From a candidate division WOR-3 bacterium (GTDB lineage: Bacteria > Hydrothermota > Tepidihabitantia > B3-TA06): DNA of 60,442 bases. The DNA lies in NCBI GenBank assembly GCA_965649265.1, contig CBFGKC010000011.1:1-60442 (forward strand), given 5' to 3'. Positions 25,446 through 34,008 of the stretch are shown piece after piece (position 1 is the stretch's first letter; the number at the start of each line of letters is the position of its first letter). The position numbers and the translations under genes were made by a program. The notes under the pieces were generated by a model, which saw only the letters and a list, made by a program, of their open reading frames with translations, was not told the origin of the DNA and did not search any database.

Positions 25446-28400
25446 CAGTAAAACAAAAGGCGCCGCACTCGTGGTCGGCGGCGGCATCGCAGGCATCCAG
25501 GCCGCGCTCGATCTTGCGGACGGCGGCATAAAGGTCTACATGGTGGATTCGAAACCCACCATAGGCGGCGTAATGGCGCAGCTTGACAAGACCTTCCCGA
25601 CGAACGACTGCTCCATGTGCATACTTTCGCCCAAACTGGTCGATACCGGACGTCACCTCAACATCGAGATAAAGACTTCCACCGAAGTGGTCGGCCTCGA
25701 GGGAGAGCCCGGAAGATTCAAGGTTAAGCTTCAGAAACATGCGCGTTACATTGATCCCGTGACTTGCACCGCATGCGGACTCTGCGCAAAGAACTGTCCT
25801 GTGTCCGCCGTGGACGCGTACAACGAGGGTCTTTCCGAGCGTCGTGCCGCCTACATCTCCTACCCCCAGTCCGTGCCACTCGCATACGCGATAGACAAGG
25901 ATAAGTGCATAGGATGCGGGCTTTGTGCGAACATTTGTCCTCCAAACGCCGTCCGTTACTCCGACAAGGACTCGGTCGAGGAACTGGAAGTCGGCGCAGT
26001 TCTTCTCGCTCCCGGATTCGACGAGTTCGACCCTGCCCTTCTCAGCGAGTACGGTTACGGCCGGTTTCCGAACGTGCTCTCAAGTATCGAATTCGAGCGG
26101 CTTATGTCCTCCTCCGGCCCCACAGCCGGGCATATACTCCGCCCCTCCGACGGCAAGGACGTGGAGCGCGTTGCATGGATTCAGTGCGTGGGTAGCCGCG
26201 ACAGGCATATCAACCGTCCGTACTGCTCGTCCGTTTGCTGCATGTACGCCACCAAGGAGGCCATCATCGCTGGCGAGCATGCTCCGCATATGCGGAAGTC
26301 CATATTTTACATGGACATACGTGCTTACGGCAAGGATTTTGATCGTTACATAGACCGTGCCCAGAACCAGTTCGGCGTCCGTTACGTCAGGGGGAGGGTG
26401 GCAAAGGTCACGGAAGATTCCCAGACCCGCGAGGTTACCTTAACCTATGAAACCGACGACGGCAAGCTCAAAAAAGAGACTTTTGATATGGTGGTTCTCT
26501 CGGTCGGGCTCGAGCCGCCCAAAACCTCTCCCGAACTCGCAAAATCTTTGGGCATCGAGCTTGACGCTCACGGATTTGTGAAGACTTCGACCTTTGCGCC
26601 CATGATAACCACTCGCTACGGCGTGTTCGTTGCGGGTGCGGCCTCCTCGCCAAAGGACATCCCCGAAAGCGTGGCGCAGGCGTCCGGTGCGGCAGGGATG
26701 GTGCAGGGGCTTCTGGGTGATTCCCGGAACTCGGAGACGTTGGCAAAAAACCTCCCTCTCGAACGTGACGTGTTTACCGAACCGCCGCGGATAGGCGTCT
26801 TTGTCTGTCACTGCGGCATCAATATCGGCTCGGTCGTGCGCGTGCCCGAGGTCGTCGAGTACGCAAAGACCCTGCCGGGCGTCGTTTTCGCCGGGGAGAA
26901 CCTTTACACCTGCTCCTCCGACACCCAGGAGAAGATAAAGGAGATCATCAAGAATTTCCGCTTAAATCGCGTAATCGTATCTGCTTGCACGCCGCGAACG
27001 CACGAGCCGCTGTTCCAGTCCACCATACGAGAGGCCGGTCTCAATAAGTATCTTTTCGAGATGGCCAACATACGCGATCAGGACTCGTGGGTGCACATGC
27101 ACGAACCCGATAAGGCCACCGAGAAAGCTAAGGACCTCATACGGATGGCGGTCGCGAAGGCGGCAAGACTGCGTTCGCTACGAAACATCGAGCTTCCGGT
27201 CACCAAATCCGCGCTCGTGATAGGGGGAGGGGTGTCCGGCATGGTGGCCGCACTCTCCATCAGCCAGGCCGGTTTCGAAACCGTACTCATCGAACGCTCG
27301 GACTCGCTCGGCGGCAACCTGTCCCATCTTACCAAGACGCTGTGGGGCGAGGATGCCCAGGCGTATCTCAAGCGGCTCACCGAAGAGGTGGAAAGAGACC
27401 CCAACATCCGGCTCTACAAGAACACCGAAGTCTCAAAAGTGGAAGGGTTCGTGGGAAATTTCAAGACCACGTTGTCCAACTGCGAAATTATTGAACACGG
27501 TGCGACAATCATCGCGACCGGCGCGTCGGAGTACCAGCCGAAACAAGATGAATACCTCTCAGCCGATCCCCAGGTCATCCATCAGCGCGAACTTGAGGAG
27601 CGTCTTCACAAGGGTTCCTTCGACGCCAAAACTGTCGTGATGGTCCAGTGCGTGGGTTCCCGGTCTGATGAGCATCCCTACTGCTCACGCGTCTGCTGCA
27701 CCGAGGCAGTTAAGAACGCACTCACAATCAAGGAAAAATCCCCGAAAACGGAAGTAATCGTTCTCTTTCGCGACCTCAGAACTTACGGACTCAAGGAACT
27801 TGCCTACGAGAAGGCAAGAGAGAAGGGCGTCATCTTCCTTCGCTTCGACAAGGGTTCGGAGCCTCGCGTCGAGCGCAAGAACGGCAAACTGACTGTCAGC
27901 GTCCTTGACGAACTCATAGGAAAAGAAGTCGAAATCTCGACAGACCTCGTCGCGCTCTCAACCGGAATAGTTGCGGAGAAGGAATCTAATAAAACACTTG
28001 CCCAGCACTACAAGGTGCCGCTCAATGAGGACGGTTTCTTCCTCGAGGCGCACATGAAGCTCCGCCCGGTCGATTTCGCGACCGACGGCGTTTACCTTGC
28101 CGGGCTCGCGCACGCGCCGAAGTTCCTCGACGAGGCCATTGCCCAGGCGTCGGCCACTGCCGCGCGCGCTATCCTTATTCTCAACAAGGATCACATCGAG
28201 GCCGAGGGCAAGATAGCGTCGGTCAACGAGCGCACCTGCATCGGCTGCGGGTACTGCGTCGAGGTATGTCCTTACGGTGCCATATCGCTCGAACAAAAGC
28301 GTGTGCTCGGGCATGAGAAGAAGGTCGCCTCCGTGAACGCCGCTCTTTGCAAGGGCTGCGGAGGCTGCGCGGCGTCGTGCCGCTCCAATTCGATCGATCT

Positions 28401-28488
28401 TGCCGGTTTCACGAACCAGGAACTCGTCTCCGCCTTCCAGCAGCTTATGTGGGAGGAGGAGGATATACAAGGGTGCTGCGGTGTTTAG
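25438..28488 (+). CDS. hdrA: large double-module HdrA-family flavoprotein
   Basis: GGAGG RBS before ATG 25438; VVGGGIAG, LDKTFPTNDCSMC, QCVGSRD..CSSVCC, VFVCHCG, second VIGGGVSG and QCVGSR..CSRVCC, ferredoxin motifs. Confidence 0.93.
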   Translation: MPDSKTKGAALVVGGGIAGIQAALDLADGGIKVYMVDSKPTIGGVMAQLDKTFPTNDCSMCILSPKLVDTGRHLNIEIKTSTEVVGLEGEPGRFKVKLQKHARYIDPVTCTACGLCAKNCPVSAVDAYNEGLSERRAAYISYPQSVPLAYAIDKDKCIGCGLCANICPPNAVRYSDKDSVEELEVGAVLLAPGFDEFDPALLSEYGYGRFPNVLSSIEFERLMSSSGPTAGHILRPSDGKDVERVAWIQCVGSRDRHINRPYCSSVCCMYATKEAIIAGEHAPHMRKSIFYMDIRAYGKDFDRYIDRAQNQFGVRYVRGRVAKVTEDSQTREVTLTYETDDGKLKKETFDMVVLSVGLEPPKTSPELAKSLGIELDAHGFVKTSTFAPMITTRYGVFVAGAASSPKDIPESVAQASGAAGMVQGLLGDSRNSETLAKNLPLERDVFTEPPRIGVFVCHCGINIGSVVRVPEVVEYAKTLPGVVFAGENLYTCSSDTQEKIKEIIKNFRLNRVIVSACTPRTHEPLFQSTIREAGLNKYLFEMANIRDQDSWVHMHEPDKATEKAKDLIRMAVAKAARLRSLRNIELPVTKSALVIGGGVSGMVAALSISQAGFETVLIERSDSLGGNLSHLTKTLWGEDAQAYLKRLTEEVERDPNIRLYKNTEVSKVEGFVGNFKTTLSNCEIIEHGATIIATGASEYQPKQDEYLSADPQVIHQRELEERLHKGSFDAKTVVMVQCVGSRSDEHPYCSRVCCTEAVKNALTIKEKSPKTEVIVLFRDLRTYGLKELAYEKAREKGVIFLRFDKGSEPRVERKNGKLTVSVLDELIGKEVEISTDLVALSTGIVAEKESNKTLAQHYKVPLNEDGFFLEAHMKLRPVDFATDGVYLAGLAHAPKFLDEAIAQASATAARAILILNKDHIEAEGKIASVNERTCIGCGYCVEVCPYGAISLEQKRVLGHEKKVASVNAALCKGCGGCAASCRSNSIDLAGFTNQELVSAFQQLMWEEEDIQGCCGV

Positions 28489-28522
28489 TTTGACCAACGG
28501 CAGGGCCTCTTTGAAGGGCAGC

Positions 28523-28870
28523 ATGTTTTTTTGCTTTTTGGCTGCAATTGTGTTTTCCCTGTTCTGCAGTATCAACAAGTTTAAGTTTCCGGAGGAGTTG
28601 CAGGGACAATGGGAATATGAAGACGATTGGCATTATGAGTGGTTCATATTCAATGAAACCGAGTTGTTCTATCACAAAGTGCGGAAACCCGGAACCACCG
28701 AAACTAAGCTAACCATGCGTCTGACTGATCTTGACGAAGCTAACGGTCGGTTTGTGACTGGAAATACGTTTTTTTTGTACAAATGGGTAGATGGTAATCT
28801 GTTTGTCATGTTCGATGAGGCAGATTATCCGGATTCTTCAGGGAAATGGAAAGACTTACATCACTATTGA
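28523..28870 (+). CDS. small exported/lipoprotein-like protein inserted in the redox operon
   Basis: Hydrophobic N-terminus ending SLFC; FPEELQGQW; start uncertain (28481, 28511 or 28523). Confidence 0.6.
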   Translation: MFFCFLAAIVFSLFCSINKFKFPEELQGQWEYEDDWHYEWFIFNETELFYHKVRKPGTTETKLTMRLTDLDEANGRFVTGNTFFLYKWVDGNLFVMFDEADYPDSSGKWKDLHHY

Positions 28871-29086
28871 TAGGCCAGTCAAATCGGCAGGACTTTTTCT
28901 GCGGGCTTATCGGTTTGAAGAGGAGTAAAATGTTACTATTGGATTATGAAATAAGTAGCGGTGTCAGGATTGGTATGTTTTTTGTGAAAGAGAGTTCTAA
29001 TGAATAAGGGAACCATGATCTCGAACGAGTTCGAGGTTTCAAAAGTTTCCTTAGATATTTTACAGTATAAGTACAGTAGAAGGTTA

Positions 29087-30199
29087 ATGAGGAAATCCAA
29101 TCTTATACTGCTTTGCACAATCCTTTTGCTTCTTGCTGGATGCAAGTCAGATGGTCCGGGTACACTTAAGTGGAAAAACGAATCACCGCTCCTAGAAAAC
29201 CTTTATTTTCTGGGAATTGGGTCGGATGGGTCAATATTAGCACCCTCGCTAAGTAGCTATATTTGCGCTATAGATACTTCGGGTGAGTTGAAGTGGGCGT
29301 ATCAGGTCGGTTTTCAAATAATAACAACGGCTCCACCGGTGATAGGTTCTGATGGTACTATATATTTAAGGGATGCCTTTTATGATTTTTACGCCATAGA
29401 AAAGAGCGGAAAATTGAAGTGGCATTTTCAAACCGATAATCAAAATTGGAGTTCGCCTCCTGCGATAGGTCCAGACAGAACTATATACATGGGTACAGAA
29501 GATGGCTATTTATATGCATTTGATACGTCCGGGGTCCTGAAATGGCGCAATCAAATTGATACCTTATCAATCACTGCACTTGTGATAGATTTTGATACTA
29601 CTATTTATGTGGGATCAGTTAATGGTTTTTCCTCAGTTAATTCATTAGGTAGCATAAAATGGCGATCTGAGATCGGATATGCGTGGTATTCTTTTCCCGC
29701 TGTAGGAAAAGATGGCACAATATATGTTGGTTCTGGTTGGGATCTTTACGCAATAGATCAATCTGGTAACTTGAAGTGGCGTGTTGAAACTGGTTCTGTA
29801 GAGAGGAGTTCTTCACCAGTAATCGGTTCTGATGGCACCATATACATGGGTACGAGTGACAGTTGTCTCTACGCAATAGATTCATCCGGAGTCTTGAAAT
29901 GGAAGTACAAGACGCAGAATGAAGTATCTTCCCCAACATTAGGCAAGGATGGTTCAATATATATTAGTTCAGGGAAATGTGTTTACGCTATCGATACTTC
30001 AGGCCAGTTGAAGTGGTGTTGCGAAACCGAGAAAAGGATTTTTTCGGCACCAGTTATAGGACAAGATGGTTCTCTATATGTGGGTACTTATGGGGGAGTT
30101 TACGCTATCCGTACCGATTCAAAAGGGCTAGCCCACTCACCATGGCCAAAGTATGCCCACGATAACCAGAACACCGGAAGGGCAAACGGAGGAATTTGA
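29087..30199 (+). CDS. PQQ-like beta-propeller lipoprotein
   Basis: LLAGC lipobox; repeats SSPVIGSDGTIY.G....LYAID.SG.LKW; C-terminal SPWPKYAHDNQNTG. Confidence 0.9.
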   Translation: MRKSNLILLCTILLLLAGCKSDGPGTLKWKNESPLLENLYFLGIGSDGSILAPSLSSYICAIDTSGELKWAYQVGFQIITTAPPVIGSDGTIYLRDAFYDFYAIEKSGKLKWHFQTDNQNWSSPPAIGPDRTIYMGTEDGYLYAFDTSGVLKWRNQIDTLSITALVIDFDTTIYVGSVNGFSSVNSLGSIKWRSEIGYAWYSFPAVGKDGTIYVGSGWDLYAIDQSGNLKWRVETGSVERSSSPVIGSDGTIYMGTSDSCLYAIDSSGVLKWKYKTQNEVSSPTLGKDGSIYISSGKCVYAIDTSGQLKWCCETEKRIFSAPVIGQDGSLYVGTYGGVYAIRTDSKGLAHSPWPKYAHDNQNTGRANGGI

Positions 30200-30202
30200 A
30201 TT

Positions 30203-30634
30203 ATGAGCGACGAACCTCGTATCCTTGCGTTTCTTTGCAACTGGTGCTCCTACGCCGGAGCGGATCTTGCAGGGACTTCGAGAATCCAATATCCCTCAAA
30301 TCTGAGGGTGTTAAGGGTTCCCTGCTCGGCGCGCGTGAATCCGCAGTTCATCCTCAAGGCTTTGCAAGAGGGCGCCGACGGCGTTCTGGTCTCAGGCTGC
30401 CATCCGGGGGACTGTCATTACCTTGAGGGCAACTACTATGCCCGCCGTAAGTTCGCGGCCATGCGCGATCTTTTGGAGTACGTCGGTCTCGAGCCCGGTC
30501 GCGTTCACTTTTCCTGGGTCTCGGCGGCAGAGGGCGGCAAGTTCGCAGAGGTCGTCACGCACGTTACCGAATCCGTAAAAAAAGTATCCGACCGCACGCA
30601 GTTCCAGAAGAAACGGGAGTATCCGGATGAGTAA
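30203..30634 (+). CDS. mvhD: MvhD/FlpD [2Fe-2S] subunit
   Basis: FLCNWCSYAGADLAG, VPCSARV, GADGVLVSGCHPGDCHY. Confidence 0.93.
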   Translation: MSDEPRILAFLCNWCSYAGADLAGTSRIQYPSNLRVLRVPCSARVNPQFILKALQEGADGVLVSGCHPGDCHYLEGNYYARRKFAAMRDLLEYVGLEPGRVHFSWVSAAEGGKFAEVVTHVTESVKKVSDRTQFQKKREYPDE

Positions 30635-31577
30635 CCTCATCGGCCAAATCCGCGAGGAGGCACGCAAGATTCTTTCCGAAGGAAAGGTGGACTTCGTCAT
30701 CGGTTATGCGGAAGGCGATACACCAATTCAGGTCAAGCCAATCTTCGTCTCCAAGCCGGAGGATGCGGACAAGCTTATTTGGCCCTCCTTCGGTTTACTT
30801 AACCTCGCAACCTATCTCAGTCGTTACCGCCTCACCAGGGACCGCATCGGCATCGTTGCAAAGGGATGTGATTCTCGTTCAATCGTCGCGCTGCTCAAAG
30901 AGAATCAGATAGAGCGCGAGCGGCTCTACGTCATCGGTATTAACTGTCCGGGGATGCTTTCGCGCAAGGTGGCGCAGGAAAAGGTCGGCGAAATAATCTC
31001 AGCGGAGTCGAAGGGGGAGAAATGGTCGTTCACTACCGCCGAAGGTGTAAAAGAAATTTCATGTTTCGATCTCCTGCCGGCGAACTGCCAGGCTTGCAGG
31101 CACCACGCGCCCGTCATATCCGACGTTCTTCTCGGTGATCCGGTACCCGAACCCGGGGGCGACGGCTACGATAAGATTCGCGAATTCGAGCAAAGGCCCT
31201 CCTCAGAGCGTCACGAATATCTGAAATCCGAAATGTCCAAGTGCATCCGCTGCTACGCATGCAGACAAGCGTGTCCTACATGCAACTGCGACGAGTGCTT
31301 CGTCGACATCTCGCAGCCGCAGTGGGTGGCAAAGGGGCAGGAGCCTTCGGACGTCGCCATATGGCAGCTCATTCGCGCCTACCACCAGGCCGGACGCTGC
31401 GTGGACTGCGGCGCATGCGAGGAGGCCTGTCCCATGGGTGTCAAGCTCACGTGGATGACGCGGAAGATGAACCTCATAGTGCGCGAGCGTTTCGGATTCG
31501 AGTCCGGCGCCGATCCTGATGCTCTACCTCCCCTTGCCAACTACAAGAAGGACGACGCGGAGGAGTTCATACTATGA
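30627..31577 (+). CDS. FlxC-like (FdhB/FrhB-related) 4Fe-4S protein
   Basis: KGCDSRS, KCIRCYACRQACPTCNCDEC, AGRCVDCGACEEACP. Confidence 0.85.
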   Translation: MSNLIGQIREEARKILSEGKVDFVIGYAEGDTPIQVKPIFVSKPEDADKLIWPSFGLLNLATYLSRYRLTRDRIGIVAKGCDSRSIVALLKENQIERERLYVIGINCPGMLSRKVAQEKVGEIISAESKGEKWSFTTAEGVKEISCFDLLPANCQACRHHAPVISDVLLGDPVPEPGGDGYDKIREFEQRPSSERHEYLKSEMSKCIRCYACRQACPTCNCDECFVDISQPQWVAKGQEPSDVAIWQLIRAYHQAGRCVDCGACEEACPMGVKLTWMTRKMNLIVRERFGFESGADPDALPPLANYKKDDAEEFIL

Positions 31578-32578
31578 AGAAGCTCAATGATCTGCGTCAA
31601 TTATACGATCATCTCTCCAAGTCAAGCCGTGTTGTTGGACTAAAGAAAGCGGATAACCGCTATCTCTATCAAACCCTTGATCGATACGAAGATTGGCAGT
31701 CGTCGGTATTGCTCGGAAACTTCTCACCGAAGGAGATTTTCTTTCCCCAGGACGAGGCGCTTTTTCATTTCAAGGTGCAGAACGTAATCACCCCAAAGCC
31801 CGAAGATCGACCGCAAGTCCTGTTCGGCGTGCGGCCATGCGACATTCGAGGGATATGGGAACTCGAGAAGATGTTCAATCAATCTGAAGAGGGGGGCTAT
31901 CGCGATCCCTACTTCATGAAGCGCTTCGAGCACACGCTAATCGTCGGGATGGGTTGCGCCGAACCCTTGCCCTCGTGCTTCTGCACGTCCGTTGGTGGCT
32001 CGCCCTACGAATCCAATGGCTCCGACATCTTCATCTATCCAACAGATCAGGGCTACCTCCTTGATATCCTGACAAAGAGGGGGGAGGAGGCTCTTGCAGG
32101 CCTTGCGCTCGAAACAGTCGAAGATCGCTCAAAGGTAGAAGCTGACCGCTCGCTTGTCGAATCCAAAATCCGGAAGTATTCGTTCGAGGGCATCGAGGAA
32201 AAGCTCAAGAAGATGGTCGATTCCAAGTTCTGGGACGAGGTCCACTCCACCTGCATCGGCTGCGGCACCTGCGCGTTTGTGTGCCCCTCGTGCCACTGCT
32301 TCGACATCTCCGACGACTCCAAGGGCTCGCGCGGAAAGCGCTCGCGGCAGTGGGATTCATGCCTCTACAAGGAATACACGCTCGAGACGTCAGGTCACAA
32401 CCCTCGGCCCTCAGGCAGCCAGCGCTGGCGCCAGAGACTGAACCACAAGTTCAACTACTTCATGCAGGTCTTCGGAACCTATCAGTGCCTGGGCTGCGGA
32501 CGCTGCGGACGCGCCTGCCCGGTCAACATCAATATTGCCGAATTCGCTCAGAAAGCTGTAAGTTGGGAAGAATCTTAA
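31574..32578 (+). CDS. FlxB/AsrA-like 4Fe-4S protein
   Basis: SPKEIFFP, GVRPCD, CFCTS, CIGCGTCAFVCPSCHCF, WDSC, CLGCGRCGRACP. Confidence 0.88.
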   Translation: MKKLNDLRQLYDHLSKSSRVVGLKKADNRYLYQTLDRYEDWQSSVLLGNFSPKEIFFPQDEALFHFKVQNVITPKPEDRPQVLFGVRPCDIRGIWELEKMFNQSEEGGYRDPYFMKRFEHTLIVGMGCAEPLPSCFCTSVGGSPYESNGSDIFIYPTDQGYLLDILTKRGEEALAGLALETVEDRSKVEADRSLVESKIRKYSFEGIEEKLKKMVDSKFWDEVHSTCIGCGTCAFVCPSCHCFDISDDSKGSRGKRSRQWDSCLYKEYTLETSGHNPRPSGSQRWRQRLNHKFNYFMQVFGTYQCLGCGRCGRACPVNINIAEFAQKAVSWEES

Positions 32579-32781
32579 TCCTTACAACCTGAAAGCTTAT
32601 CTACACGAAGCCGAAGAGTATATTGCTTTAAAAACATATGTTGTCGTTTTGCAAGGAGAAACTTAGCTGTGAGGGTCCTGAAAATGACAAACTGGAAAGA
32701 GTCGAAGTAGTCAAATTCAATAATCTACAATCTGATCGACGAGTTCTTGAGTATTAGGGTGAAACTTATACAAAGATAACA

Positions 32782-32830
32782 GTCGGGCCGACCTTATACC
32801 CAACGGGGCAAGCTGAGGTCGGCCCCTACA
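32782..32830. repeat. GTAG-type REP-like palindrome
   Basis: GGGCCGACCT/AGGTCGGCCC inverted repeat ending in CTAC (reverse complement GTAG). Confidence 0.5.
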
Positions 32831-32929
32831 TTTATCGATTTCTTCATTTACGGGATCACCAAACGAATACTATGCATCTACTCAGAAATCAAAACGAGCT
32901 GAGAAAGTGCTAGAGTGGCTGAGGAGGGC

Positions 32930-33733
32930 TTAGTATTCAAAGTTGCATCTGTCGAATCCCGCGCCCAGTCTCAAGCTGAAGCCGGGAACGGTGTCCTTGT
33001 AGAGTTCGTAGAACGCTGAAAGATCGGCTGTATCGCCCGTGAACTTGTACACTACGCAGGTAGTGGTGTCGAAGCCTGAATATATCTGCCAGTTGTCGCT
33101 CTGCTCGCGGTCGCCGGTGATGCGTCCCTCGCCGCTTACCGCAAAAATGGAATATGAACCCGCGGTAAGATAGGCCTTTGTTCCGCCGATCAGGGCGAGA
33201 CGCGACGTAAGTGTATCCACCCTTCGCTTGATGGATGCCGTGTCCATGCCAAGTTCCACAAGAAGCATATCGGGAAACAGCCTGCGAAGCGTGTCCGAAC
33301 TGTGACTCATGGCCACCTTGCCGGTCTTTATATTCTTTACGACATAAATACTTTCTGCGACCGTGAACTCGAAATCGTCCGCTTTCGAGTTGTTGGTTTC
33401 GACATGAAGAGTATATGAACCTTGAGATATTTGCCCAAGATCGAAATAGATGTCGTTATACGAGTAGGCCTGGTCAAGCTCTCCGTCATTGGTGCCCTTT
33501 ATGATTACGTTGACGGTACTGCTGGAGATGTAGGCTGTATCTTCAATGCCGGATGTGTCGGGCGTGAGATCGGAGAAGAAGAAATGCAAGTTGCAGGTAA
33601 TGGGATCTCCGACACCCTCGTATATCCAAAATTCCATGGGTAATGCAATCTTGTTGGTTCCTTTGAACAAGTCGCAGCTTGTCAAAAATAATGCGATTAC
33701 GCCCAGCGATAAAGCGACCACAAAACGTTTCAT
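32930..33733 (-). CDS. hypothetical lipoprotein
   Basis: LTSC lipobox; AAGGAGG RBS; promoter TTGACA-N16-TATCTT (33761-33788, minus strand). Confidence 0.82.
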   Translation of the reverse strand: MKRFVVALSLGVIALFLTSCDLFKGTNKIALPMEFWIYEGVGDPITCNLHFFFSDLTPDTSGIEDTAYISSSTVNVIIKGTNDGELDQAYSYNDIYFDLGQISQGSYTLHVETNNSKADDFEFTVAESIYVVKNIKTGKVAMSHSSDTLRRLFPDMLLVELGMDTASIKRRVDTLTSRLALIGGTKAYLTAGSYSIFAVSGEGRITGDREQSDNWQIYSGFDTTTCVVYKFTGDTADLSAFYELYKDTVPGFSLRLGAGFDRCNFEY

Positions 33734-33789
33734 TAAAGCCTCCTTTAAAATACTCCACTAAAGATAATCCTCTGTGTTGTTTTGTCAAC

Positions 33790-33964
33790 CCCTCCTCCAG
33801 TCCCCCTTACCCCCCTGCGGAATACCATTCCGCCCATGCGCCTTCGGCGCTCACATTGATTAAGTGAAAAGTAAAATGGCAGAAGCGAAGCTTGTGCCCA
33901 GCGCCCCCGGCGCTAGCCCTCCTCAGCCCTCCTCAGCTTTACTCAGTTCTCATCAGTCCCTCAG
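33790..33964. repeat. REP-like dimer plus CCCTCCTCAG tandem array
   Basis: GCGCC-TTC-GGCGC (33838), GCGCC-CCC-GGCGC (33901), then four to five 10-nt units. Confidence 0.78.
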
Positions 33965-34008
33965 TATTTTTGTGTTGACTTATAGCCTCATATGACTATT
34001 ATCCCGTG

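Noticed and set aside
19639-32578. Selenocysteine recoding in HdrA or MvhD
   Set aside because: The expected Cys motifs are encoded as Cys in open frames; no in-frame TGA is needed.
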